From: Alphaproteobacteria bacterium
GTDB taxonomy: Bacteria > Pseudomonadota > Alphaproteobacteria > MPNO01
Assembly (NCBI GenBank): GCA_964291675.2
Contig: OZ219866.1
Coordinates: forward strand, 1,504,001-1,568,000
Length of the DNA: 64,000 bases
Direction of reading: 5' to 3'
Numbering within the stretch: the stretch's first letter is position 1; every line of letters starts with the position of its first letter. A program made the position numbers and the translations under genes. The notes below the pieces were generated by a model that did no database searches, had not been told where the DNA came from, and worked only from the letters and a program-made list of their open reading frames with translations. Shown in pieces: positions 8,207-17,356 of the stretch.

Positions 8207-11200
8207 ATGGAAGCCGACGCCAAATCCGGGATCGTTCGAAAGCTCGCCGCGCGGGCGCGGCGGCGCAAGGGCGGCGGCGCCGAAGCCGCGCGTTTCGTCG
8301 CCCAGTTCTACCGCGACGTTCCGCAAGCCGATCTGGCGGCGATGGACGATCTTCGCGCCCTCGGCGGGGCGATGTCGACCTGGAGCCTTCTCCGGACCCG
8401 CAAGCGCGGCAAGCCCAGGATCCGGGTCTTCAACCCCGACATCGAGGCCGATGGCTGGGCCTCGCCCCACACCGTGATCGAAATCGTCAACGACGACATG
8501 CCGTTCCTCGTCGACTCGGTGACCGCCGAGATCAACCGGCACAATCTGTCGATCCATCTGGTCGCCCATCCCGTCGTGGCGGTCGAGCGGGACCGTGCCG
8601 GGCGGATGGGCAGGCTGTGCCCCAACGGGGTCGAAACCGACGGCGCAAACGCCGAATCGGTGATGCATTTCGAAGTCACCGAGCTGCGCCGGCCCGGCGC
8701 CCTGGAGCAGCTCCGCCGCGATTTGCAGGCGGTGCTCGGCGACGTCCGCGCCGCGGTCGAGGACTTCGACGCCATGCAGCGGCGGCTTGCCGAAGCGGCG
8801 GACGGGCTCGGGGAAGGCCCGGACGCCGACGAGGCGAGGGCCTTTCTCGGCTGGCTCGACGAACGCAGCTTCACCTTCATCGGCTACCGCGAATACGGCT
8901 TCGACCGGCGGGGCGGGGCGATCCGGCTGAGGCAGGCCGACGCGCCCGGGCTCGGCATCCTGCGCAACCCGGAGCGCAGCGTGCTGGCCGGCTGGCGGGA
9001 CGGGGCGGTCCTGCCCGAGATCGCGGCCTATTGCCAAGACCCCCGCCCGCTCGCCGTCTCCAAGGCGAACGGCCGCTCGACGGTCCACCGCTCGGTCCAT
9101 CTCGACACCGTGATGGTCAAGCGGTTCGGACGCCGGGGACGGATCGCCGGCGTGCGGATCTTCGTCGGCGTGTTCACGCCGCCGGTCCATCGCCAGAGGC
9201 TGGCGGACATCCCGGTTCTCGCGCGCAAGGCCGCGACGGTGATCGCACGCTCGGGTTTCCCGGCGGACAGCCATAACGGGATGTCGCTGCTGGAAATCCT
9301 CGAGTCGCTGCCGCGCAGCGACCTGTTCCAGTATTCCGACGAGGATCTGCTGCAAACCGCTCTCGGCGTGCTCCAGATCCGCGGCAGCCAGAAGGTTGCA
9401 TTGTTCGCCAGGCGCGACGCCTTCAACCGCTTCGTCTCCTGCCTGATCTACGTGCCGCGCGAGCGCTACACCTCGCAGCTCCGCGGCATCATGCGGGAGA
9501 TCGTCGAAGACGGGTTCGGCGCCCGGGCTTCGGTGTTCTACCTCCAGGTCTCCGACGAAGCCCATGCGCGGTTGCAGTTCATCGTCCCCACCCCGCCGGG
9601 CGGGCCGCCCGATGTCGATCTGCAGGCCATCGAGAGCAGGCTCGCCGAGGCGGCCCGGGACTGGCGCGACTCCTTCGGCCAGGCGCTGGCGGAGACCTAC
9701 GGCGAGGCGGAAGGGCTGCAAATCCATGACCGCTACAGGGACGCCTTCCCGGCGAGCTATCGGGAACGCCACGGCGGCGAACAGGCGCTCGCCGATATCG
9801 CGAAGATCGAAACCGTGCTCCGCAGCGGGACGATCGCCACCGACCTCTACCGCCCTGCCGGGCTCGAGGACTTCTGGGTCCATTTCAGGGTCTACCACCC
9901 GGACGGGCAGCTTCCCCTGTCCGACGTGCTGCCGATGCTGGAGAACATGGGTCTGCGGGTGATCGGCGAGACCGCGCACCGGATCGCCCGCGGCGGGGCG
10001 GGCCGCGATGTCTGGCTGCACGATTTCGGCATGCAGACCAGGGACCGGCGACCGGTCGATCTGGACCGCGCGAAGGAGAACTTCGAAGCCCAGTTCATCG
10101 GCGTCTGGCGCGGCGAGATCGAGAGCGACGGCTTCAACGCGCTGGCGCTGGCGACCGGGCTCCACTGGCGCGAGATCGCCATGCTGCGCGCCTGCTGCAA
10201 ATACCTGCGCCAGGCCGCGATCCCGTTCAGCCAGGCCTATATGGAGGCCACGCTTCTCGCCAACCCCCGCATCACCGAGGCGATCGTCGAGCTCTTCGAG
10301 TCGATCTTCGATCCGGATCTACCGCCCGACCGCCGGGGCCGCCGGGCGGCGCGTATCGAGAAGCGCCTCGCCGGCGCGCTCGATGCGGTCGACGACCTCG
10401 ACCAGGACCGCATCCTGCGGCGCTACCTGAACCTCGTGCAGGCGACGCTGCGGACCAACTACTACCAGGTCGATTCCGACGGGGCGCCCAAGGGCTACAT
10501 CGCCTTCAAGATCGACTCCGGCGCGGTCGAGGATTTGCCCGAGCCGGCGCCGATGTTCGAGATATTCGTCTACGCCCCGCGCATGGAGGCGATCCACCTG
10601 CGCGGCGGCAGGATCGCGCGCGGCGGCATCCGCTGGTCCGACCGGCGCGAGGACTTCCGCACCGAGATCCTCGGGCTGATGAAGGCCCAGTTGACCAAGA
10701 ACGCGGTCATCGTCCCCACCGGCTCCAAGGGCGGCTTCGTGGTCAAGCGCCCGCCGCCGCCGGAAGCCGGGCGCGAGGCGTATCTCGACGAGGGCATTGC
10801 CTGCTACCGGACGATGATATCGGGGCTGCTCGACCTGACCGACAATATCGGCCCGGACGGTCCGGTTCATCCCGACCGCACGGTCCGCCTGGACGGCGAC
10901 GATCCCTATCTCGTGGTCGCCGCCGACAAGGGGACCGCCACCTTCTCCGACATCGCCAACGAGGTCGCCCGCGGCTACGGCTTCTGGCTCGACGACGCAT
11001 TCGCCTCCGGCGGGTCGATCGGCTACGACCACAAGGGCATGGGGATTACCGCCCGCGGCGCCTGGGAGTCGGTCAAGCGTCACTTCCGCGAGATGGGCAC
11101 CGACATCCAGACCGGCGGCTTCACCTGCGTCGGCATCGGCGACATGAGCGGCGACGTGTTCGGCAACGGCATGCAGCTCTCCGAACATGTCAGGCTGGTC

Positions 11201-12982
11201 GGCGCCTTCAACCACCTCCACATCTTCGTCGACCCGGACCCCGACCCGCGGGCGAGCCTGGCGGAGCGCAAACGGCTCTTCGGGATGCCGCAGAGCGCGT
11301 GGACCGACTACGATCCCAAGTCGATCTCGCCCGGCGGCGGCGTGTTCGACCGCCATGCGAAGGCGATCCCCGTGACGCCGGAGATGCGCCGCGCGCTCGA
11401 CCTGCCGCCGCGCGACGATCTCACGCCGAACGACCTCATCCGGGCGCTGCTCAGGGCGCCGGTCGACCTGCTGTGGTTCGGCGGCATCGGAACCTATGTC
11501 AAGGCGGCGGACGAAACCCACCCGGATGTCGGGGACCGGGTGAACGACCCGGTGCGCGTCGACGCGGACGAGCTTCGCTGCCGCGTCGTCGGCGAGGGCG
11601 CCAATCTCGGCTTCACCCAGCGCGGGCGCATCGCCTATGCGGAGCGCGGCGGGCGCATCAATGCCGACTTCATCGACAACTCGGGCGGCGTCTCGACCTC
11701 CGACCGCGAGGTCAACATCAAGATCCTGCTCGGCGAGGCGGTCGCCGCCGGCAGGCTCTCGCGCGCCGGGCGCGACAGGCTGCTCGCCGACATGACCGAC
11801 GAGGTCGCGGTCCAGGTGCTGGGGGTCAACTACCGCCAGAGCATGGCGCTCACCCATTTCGAGACCCAGGGCTGCCTTCTGGTCGACAGGGCGGCCCGCC
11901 TGATCCGCGCCCTCGAACGCTCGGGCCGTCTCGACCGGGCGTCCGAATTCCTGCCCGACGAGGAGACCCTCGAAGAGCGCAAGTCCGCCGGGCTCGGGCT
12001 CACCAGGCCGGAACTCGCGGTGCTGCTCTCCTATGCCAAGCTGGCGCTCTATGACGACATTCTCGCGAGCGACATCCCCGACGATCCGTCGCTGGTCCAG
12101 GATGTCGGCTTCTACTTTCCGCAACCGATCCGCGCCGGGTTCGGGGACCTGGTTCCCGGCCACCCTCTGCGCCGGGAGATCAGCGCGACCTACGTCACCA
12201 ACAGCATGATCAACCGCGCCGGTCCGACTTTCGTGCACGAGGTCGTGGACAGGACCGGCGCCGCACCAGCCGAGGTCGCGAAGGCGTATCTCATCGGCCG
12301 GCGCATCTTCGACCTGTCCCGCCTGTGGCGCGAGATCGAGGCGCTGGACAACCGGGCCAGCGCGGCGATCCAGACCCGGCTCAACCTGGACATCCTGCGG
12401 CCGATCGAGCGCGCCACGATCTGGCTGCTGCGGAACGGATCGCGGCCGCTCGAGATCAACCGCACCATCGAGCGCTTCGCCGGCGGGATCCGTACCCTTG
12501 CCGAAAGGCTCGACGGCTTGATTGCCGACGAGACCCGGGCGGAGATCGAACGCCGGACGGGCGATGCCGTCGAGGCCGGTGTGCCGGAATCCCTCGCGCG
12601 CGAGATCGCCAGCCTGGAGCCGCTCTATTCAGGCTGCGATATCGTCCGTATCGCGACCGAGCGAAGGCGTAGCGTCGAACACGTGGCGCGGGTCTATTTC
12701 ACCGTCGGCCGCAAGCTCGCGTTCGATTGGTTGCGCGGCTCCGCCGCGGCGCTGCCCGCCGAGACCGAATGGCAGGCTGCCGCCGTCGCCGCGGTGATCG
12801 ACGATTTCTACGTCCAGCAGAGCGGTCTGACGGAGCGCGTGCTGGACGATTCCGGCCGCGCCCGGGACGCGGCGGCCGGGCGCTGGTGGACCGCCAACGG
12901 GGGACGCGTCGCCCGCGCGGAATCCCTGGTCGCCGATCTGCGCGCCGCGGGCAGCCCCGACCTCGCGAGCGCGCGATGCTGA
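8207..12982 (+). CDS. gdhB: Large NAD-specific glutamate dehydrogenase (~1600 aa) with a frameshifted extreme C-terminus
   Basis: RGGIRWSDRREDFRTE, KNAVIVPTGSKGGF, YLVVAADKGTATFSD, GYDHKGMGITARG, GEGANLG. The expected end MLTVANREIR lies in another frame, ending at 13023. Confidence 0.9.
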   Translation: MEADAKSGIVRKLAARARRRKGGGAEAARFVAQFYRDVPQADLAAMDDLRALGGAMSTWSLLRTRKRGKPRIRVFNPDIEADGWASPHTVIEIVNDDMPFLVDSVTAEINRHNLSIHLVAHPVVAVERDRAGRMGRLCPNGVETDGANAESVMHFEVTELRRPGALEQLRRDLQAVLGDVRAAVEDFDAMQRRLAEAADGLGEGPDADEARAFLGWLDERSFTFIGYREYGFDRRGGAIRLRQADAPGLGILRNPERSVLAGWRDGAVLPEIAAYCQDPRPLAVSKANGRSTVHRSVHLDTVMVKRFGRRGRIAGVRIFVGVFTPPVHRQRLADIPVLARKAATVIARSGFPADSHNGMSLLEILESLPRSDLFQYSDEDLLQTALGVLQIRGSQKVALFARRDAFNRFVSCLIYVPRERYTSQLRGIMREIVEDGFGARASVFYLQVSDEAHARLQFIVPTPPGGPPDVDLQAIESRLAEAARDWRDSFGQALAETYGEAEGLQIHDRYRDAFPASYRERHGGEQALADIAKIETVLRSGTIATDLYRPAGLEDFWVHFRVYHPDGQLPLSDVLPMLENMGLRVIGETAHRIARGGAGRDVWLHDFGMQTRDRRPVDLDRAKENFEAQFIGVWRGEIESDGFNALALATGLHWREIAMLRACCKYLRQAAIPFSQAYMEATLLANPRITEAIVELFESIFDPDLPPDRRGRRAARIEKRLAGALDAVDDLDQDRILRRYLNLVQATLRTNYYQVDSDGAPKGYIAFKIDSGAVEDLPEPAPMFEIFVYAPRMEAIHLRGGRIARGGIRWSDRREDFRTEILGLMKAQLTKNAVIVPTGSKGGFVVKRPPPPEAGREAYLDEGIACYRTMISGLLDLTDNIGPDGPVHPDRTVRLDGDDPYLVVAADKGTATFSDIANEVARGYGFWLDDAFASGGSIGYDHKGMGITARGAWESVKRHFREMGTDIQTGGFTCVGIGDMSGDVFGNGMQLSEHVRLVGAFNHLHIFVDPDPDPRASLAERKRLFGMPQSAWTDYDPKSISPGGGVFDRHAKAIPVTPEMRRALDLPPRDDLTPNDLIRALLRAPVDLLWFGGIGTYVKAADETHPDVGDRVNDPVRVDADELRCRVVGEGANLGFTQRGRIAYAERGGRINADFIDNSGGVSTSDREVNIKILLGEAVAAGRLSRAGRDRLLADMTDEVAVQVLGVNYRQSMALTHFETQGCLLVDRAARLIRALERSGRLDRASEFLPDEETLEERKSAGLGLTRPELAVLLSYAKLALYDDILASDIPDDPSLVQDVGFYFPQPIRAGFGDLVPGHPLRREISATYVTNSMINRAGPTFVHEVVDRTGAAPAEVAKAYLIGRRIFDLSRLWREIEALDNRASAAIQTRLNLDILRPIERATIWLLRNGSRPLEINRTIERFAGGIRTLAERLDGLIADETRAEIERRTGDAVEAGVPESLAREIASLEPLYSGCDIVRIATERRRSVEHVARVYFTVGRKLAFDWLRGSAAALPAETEWQAAAVAAVIDDFYVQQSGLTERVLDDSGRARDAAAGRWWTANGGRVARAESLVADLRAAGSPDLASARC

Positions 12983-13044
12983 CCGTCGCCAATAGGGAGA
13001 TAAGGGGCCTTCTCGCCCGCTAGGGGCAATCCGGCCCTCCCCCT

Positions 13045-13942
13045 TTACGGCGCCTCGAAACGGTCCTCGAAGGCGATCACCTCCCGGAAGCCCATCAGCT
13101 CGTTGAAGTCGGCGAACGGATGAAGCGCGGTATCGGCCGCGCCGGAGGAGCCGTGATCGCGCAGCGCGCGGTAGACCCGGCTCAGCGCCTCGGTGGCCGC
13201 GAGGAAGCCGGCCGCCGGGAAGATGGCGACGCGGAACCCGATCGCCGCCAGCGCGTCCGGCGTGAGCACGGGGGTCAGACCGCCCTCCACCATGTTGGCC
13301 ATCAGCGGGGAATCGAGCAGCCGGGCGGCCTCCTCCATCTCCTCGACCGATGCCGGCGCCTCGTAGAACAGGATGTCGGCGCCGGCCTCCTGGAAGGCTT
13401 CCAGCCGGCGCAGCGCCTCGTCCCGGCTCGCGGCCTTGCGGGCGTCGGTGCGCGCGATGACCAGGAAGTCTTGCTGAGCCGGGAATCGAGCGCGACCCTG
13501 ATCTTGCGCACCATCTCTTCTTGCGCACCATCTCTTCCAGCGGGATCAGACGCATGCCTTCCGTGTGGCCGCATTTCTTGGGGAAGGCCTGGTCCTCGAT
13601 CTGGATCGCGGCGACGCCGGCGCGCTCGTAGCCCTGCACCGTGTGGCGGACATTGACGGTGCCGCCATAGCCGGTATCGGCGTCGGCGATCAGCGGGGTC
13701 TTCGTGCCGGCGGCGATCTGGCCCGCGCGGGCGACCATCTCGGTATAGGTGGCGATCCCGGCATCGGGCAGGCCGAGATGCGAAGCGACGACGCCGGACC
13801 CGGTCATGTAGATCGCCGGAAAGCCCATCGAATCGGCGATGCGTGCCGAGATCATGTCGTAGACGCCGGGCGCGGCGATGAATTCGCCGGAGCGCAGCCG
13901 GTCGGCGAGAGCCCGGGTCTTGGGAACGGAACGGTCGTGCAT
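13045..13942 (-). pseudogene. Isocitrate lyase/PEP mutase family enzyme (2,3-dimethylmalate lyase/PrpB-like), frameshifted twice
   Basis: DADTGYG, IEDQ, PKKCGH, DFLVIARTDAR and ANMVEGG are split across three frames. There is a 17-nt tandem duplication (13502-13518/13519-13535) and a 1-nt loss near 13470. Confidence 0.8.
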
Positions 13943-14068
13943 TGGGGTCCTCCTCTCGGATCGGGACAAGCTACCCGGTTTGCAATTCGAGTCGAGGGCG
14001 GGGTCGAAGCGCGGCAACCGTTATCCGATCGAGCGCCGCTGGATTTTGCGAAAATCGGGGAAACTCTC

Positions 14069-14129
14069 TTGCGTCCTCTCAAAAACGACATATAGTTGTC
14101 ATATTTCCACAAGACACGATATGTAGCGT
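14069..14129 (+). promoter_or_regulatory. Putative sigma70 promoter of the gcrA-like gene, overlapped by tandem NrdR-box-like sites
   Basis: TTGCGT(14069)-N16-TATAGT(14091). Boxes aaaCGACATATAGttg (14083-14098) and acaCGATATGTAGcgt (14114-14129) are 31 bp apart. Confidence 0.6.
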
Positions 14130-14146
14130 GCCAATAGGGGGGATCG

Positions 14147-14509
14147 ATGACCTGGACACCGGAGAGGGTCGACAGCCTGGTTCGGCTTTGGTCGGACGGG
14201 TTGTCGGCGCGCCAGATCGCCGACAAGCTGGGCGGGGTAACGCGGAACGCCGTCATCGGCAAGGCGCACCGCCTCAACCTCCAGCGCGGAACGCCCACGC
14301 CCGAGCCGATGCCCGAACCGCCGCCGCCGCGGATCGACTACCCGATCACGCCGATGCCCGAGGTCAAGGGCTGGATGTGCCGCTGGCAGATCCCCGAGCC
14401 CGGCCGCTTCGGGCTCCATATTTGCGGCAAGACGGTCCAGCCGGGGCGCCAGTTCTGCGCCGAGCATCTGACGGCGGCGTATCTGATGCGCAAGAGCAGC
14501 GCCGCCTGA
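14147..14509 (+). CDS. gcrA: GcrA-family cell-cycle regulator (short form, 120 aa)
   Basis: N-terminal MTWTPERVDSLVRLWSDGLSARQIADKLGGVTRNAVIGKAHRL; C-terminal CRW...CG...FCAEH; ggggg RBS. Confidence 0.88.
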   Translation: MTWTPERVDSLVRLWSDGLSARQIADKLGGVTRNAVIGKAHRLNLQRGTPTPEPMPEPPPPRIDYPITPMPEVKGWMCRWQIPEPGRFGLHICGKTVQPGRQFCAEHLTAAYLMRKSSAA

Positions 14510-14513
14510 GGCG

Positions 14514-14630
14514 GTCCCTCGATATGGCGCTTCGCGCCCGCTCGGGACGAGGGCACCCCGAATAACCCCTCGCCCCGAGCAGCGGCCCCTCGGTTTCGCT
14601 CGGGACAGGCTGCACCGCGTCTCGAAGGGC
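14514..14630. repeat. REP/RIME-like palindromic doublet (ccctcgata...tcgaaggg family), copy A
   Basis: gtccctcgatatggcgcttcgcgcccgctcgggacgagg ... cctcgccccgagc...gcgtctcgaagggc; related to 58096-58204; lies between convergent genes. Confidence 0.75.
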
Positions 14631-14632
14631 GG

Positions 14633-15916
14633 CTACCGTGCCTCGATCGCCCGCCAGGCCCAGTCGGCGAGCCGGATCAGCCGGTCGTCGGCGCCGACCG
14701 GACCGACGAGCTGGACGCCGACCGGGAGGCCGCTTGGGCCGGCGAAGGCGGGGATGGTGATGCAGGGGCCGTGCATCAATGTCCACACCCGGTTGAACGA
14801 GGATTTCTGAATCCCCGTCAGGTCGTCGGACGGCTCGCCCGGCGCGCTTGCCGTCAGCACGAAGTCGAAGCGCTCGAAAATCCCCGCCATCGCCGCGCGG
14901 CATCGCGCGGCGGTTTCCCGGGCCGCGGCGTACTCGGCTTCGGAGGCGCTTTCGCCGATCGCGACCTGGTCCCGGATCCAGTGGTTGAGCCGGTCGCGGT
15001 GATCGGCGATCTCCCCGGCGAGCGAGCGCCCGCCCTCGACCGCGGTGACGATGCGGAAGGCGTCTTCGACCGCATCGAAGACCGGCGGCAACTCGATGCC
15101 GGTCACCTCCGCCCCCGCCCGGTCGCACGCCGCCTCCGCCGCGTCGACCGCTTCGACGGTCGCGGGCTCGGCGTCATCCCAGTTGGGCGCGCGGCAGACC
15201 GCGACGCGGAGCGCGCCGGGCGCCTCGTCGAAGGAGACCGGCGGCGTCTCCGTCATCGCCGCGCGGACCAGCGCGATGTCGCGCAGCGAGCGTGCGAAGA
15301 TGCCGATGGTATCGAGGCTCGGGCGGAGATGGCGGAGCCCGCCGCGGTCGATCCCGTCGAGGCTCGCCTTGTAGCCGACCACGCCGCAGGACGCGGCCGG
15401 CATGATCATCGAACCGCCGGTCTGGCTGCCGAGCGCGACCGGCACCATGCAATCGGCGACCGCGGCGGCCGAACCGGAGGACGACACCCCGGGGCTGCGC
15501 GCAAAATCGCGCGGGTTCCTGACCCCGACCGGGACCGGGCTCGCGAACTCCGTCGTGGTCGCCTTGCCGAGGATCACCGCGCCGGCCCGCCTGAGCGCGG
15601 CGACGCAGGCGGAATCGCGCGCCGGGCGGTGACCCCGGTGGATCGGCGATCCGTATTCGGTCGGCAGGTCGGCGGTATCGAAGATGTCCTTGATCCCGAC
15701 CGGTATGCCCCTGAGCGCACCGGAGCCCGCGGCGTCGGACATGCAGGCCTGGCCAAGCGCGTGGGCGGGCTGGATATGCGCCCAGGCGCCGATCTCGCCG
15801 TCGCGCTCGGCGATGCGTTCCAGGCAGGCGGCGACCAGGGCGTGCGACGTGGCACTCCCGTCGGCGAGCCGCGCCGCAGCTTCGGTGGCATCGAGCGTGT
15901 TGAGCGCGTTGCTCAT
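14633..15916 (-). CDS. Amidase-signature family amidase
   Basis: GIPVGIKD, PGVSSSGSAAAVA, GSQTGGS (Lys-cisSer-Ser triad). Starts 10 nt after boxB. Confidence 0.88.
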   Translation of the reverse strand: MSNALNTLDATEAAARLADGSATSHALVAACLERIAERDGEIGAWAHIQPAHALGQACMSDAAGSGALRGIPVGIKDIFDTADLPTEYGSPIHRGHRPARDSACVAALRRAGAVILGKATTTEFASPVPVGVRNPRDFARSPGVSSSGSAAAVADCMVPVALGSQTGGSMIMPAASCGVVGYKASLDGIDRGGLRHLRPSLDTIGIFARSLRDIALVRAAMTETPPVSFDEAPGALRVAVCRAPNWDDAEPATVEAVDAAEAACDRAGAEVTGIELPPVFDAVEDAFRIVTAVEGGRSLAGEIADHRDRLNHWIRDQVAIGESASEAEYAAARETAARCRAAMAGIFERFDFVLTASAPGEPSDDLTGIQKSSFNRVWTLMHGPCITIPAFAGPSGLPVGVQLVGPVGADDRLIRLADWAWRAIEAR

Positions 15917-15926
15917 CGCCGTCTCC

Positions 15927-17354
15927 CTAGCTGAAGCGGACGTACTCGAAGGTCGACGGGTCCTCGTGGTTGATGCCGCGGGCCGGCGGCGCCACCCAGG
16001 ACGCGATCTTGCCAGGCTCGACGACGCGCTTCATCAGCGACTGGACGAAGGCGCGGTCCTCCTCGTTGGGCAGCCACTCGCCGTGCCGCCGCGTCCACTC
16101 CGCCTCGGAGACGATCCTGCCCCCGGGCGAGACCCGGACGTCGGCGAAGTTGCCGATGCGCCGGTTGAAGGCGCGGTGCGGCAGCTTGAACTGGAAGTCG
16201 ATGCCGGCCCGCTTGATGCTGCGGTTCCACCGAGTCATGCCGCGCTGGCAGTCCTTGATGTACTCCTCGCGCAGCCGCTCGTTGACTGCATTCAGCGCCG
16301 GCTGGTCCTCGAGCACGATCTCGTCGCCCTTCACGACATGGACCGGCCAGGTGCCGTCGAGCAGGCGGTGGTCGTCCTCCATCGCGGTTTCCTGGAAGCG
16401 GCCCTTGAGGCTCTGGTTGAAGTAGCTCGCCGCGTTGGTCGAGAGCTCCTGGCCGAACAAATCGAGCGACACGCTGAAGTGGAAGTTCATGAATTTCTGC
16501 AGGGTCGGCATGTCCACCGCGCCGGCTGCGCGCACCCGCTCGGGGTCGTCGGTCTTGAGCTCGTTCATCGCCTCGCTTGTGCGCTGGATCACCCGTCCGA
16601 CCCCGGTCTCGCCGATGAACATGTGGTGGCCTTCCTCGGTCAGCATGAACTGACAGGTCCGGGCCAGCGGGTCGAAGCCGGACTCGGCGAGCGAGGCGAG
16701 CTGGTACTTGCCGTCGCGGTCGGTGAAATAGGTGAACATGAAGAAGGACAGCCAGTCCGGCGTCTTCTCGTTGAACGCGCCGAGGATGCGGGGCTTGTCG
16801 GGATCGCCGGAATGGCGCTCCAGCATGGCTTCCGCCTCCTCGCGCCCGTCGCGGCCGAAATAGGCGTGCAGGAGGTAGACCATCGCCCACAGATGCCGCC
16901 CCTCCTCGACATTGACCTGGAAGATGTTGCGCAGGTCGTAGAGCGACGGGCAGGTGAGCCCCAGCATGCGCTGCTGCTCGACCGAGGCGGGCTCGGTGTC
17001 GCCCTGGGTGACGATGAGGCGGCGCAGCGTCGAACGGTACTCGCCCGGCACCTCCTGCCAGACATCCTCGCCCTTGTGCTCGCCGAAGGAGATCTTCTGG
17101 TCCGGCCGGGCCGGGTTGACGAAGATCCCCCAGCGGTAGTCCGGCATCTTGACGAAGTCGTAATGCGCCCAGCCTTCGGGCTCGACGCTGATCGCGGTGC
17201 GCAGGTAGATGTCGAAGTTCCTGGTCCCCTCGGGGCCGAGCTCGTGCCACCAGCTCAGGAACTCGGGCTGCCACGCTTCCAGCGCGCGCTGCAGCCGCCG
17301 GTTGTCGGCGAGGTCGACATTGTTGGGGATCCGCTCGTTGTAGTTGATCGCCAT
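15927..17354 (-). CDS. boxB: Benzoyl-CoA 2,3-epoxidase diiron subunit
   Basis: ERIPNNVDL, QGDTEPASVEQQR, VNVEEGRHLW, FTDRDGKYQL, LTEEGHH diiron ligand motifs. Confidence 0.95.
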   Translation of the reverse strand: MAINYNERIPNNVDLADNRRLQRALEAWQPEFLSWWHELGPEGTRNFDIYLRTAISVEPEGWAHYDFVKMPDYRWGIFVNPARPDQKISFGEHKGEDVWQEVPGEYRSTLRRLIVTQGDTEPASVEQQRMLGLTCPSLYDLRNIFQVNVEEGRHLWAMVYLLHAYFGRDGREEAEAMLERHSGDPDKPRILGAFNEKTPDWLSFFMFTYFTDRDGKYQLASLAESGFDPLARTCQFMLTEEGHHMFIGETGVGRVIQRTSEAMNELKTDDPERVRAAGAVDMPTLQKFMNFHFSVSLDLFGQELSTNAASYFNQSLKGRFQETAMEDDHRLLDGTWPVHVVKGDEIVLEDQPALNAVNERLREEYIKDCQRGMTRWNRSIKRAGIDFQFKLPHRAFNRRIGNFADVRVSPGGRIVSEAEWTRRHGEWLPNEEDRAFVQSLMKRVVEPGKIASWVAPPARGINHEDPSTFEYVRFS

Positions 17355-17356
17355 GG

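Noticed and set aside
12960-13023. Programmed frameshift at the end of gdhB
   Set aside because: No slippery heptamer is visible; an 8-nt insertion or an assembly error explains it more simply.
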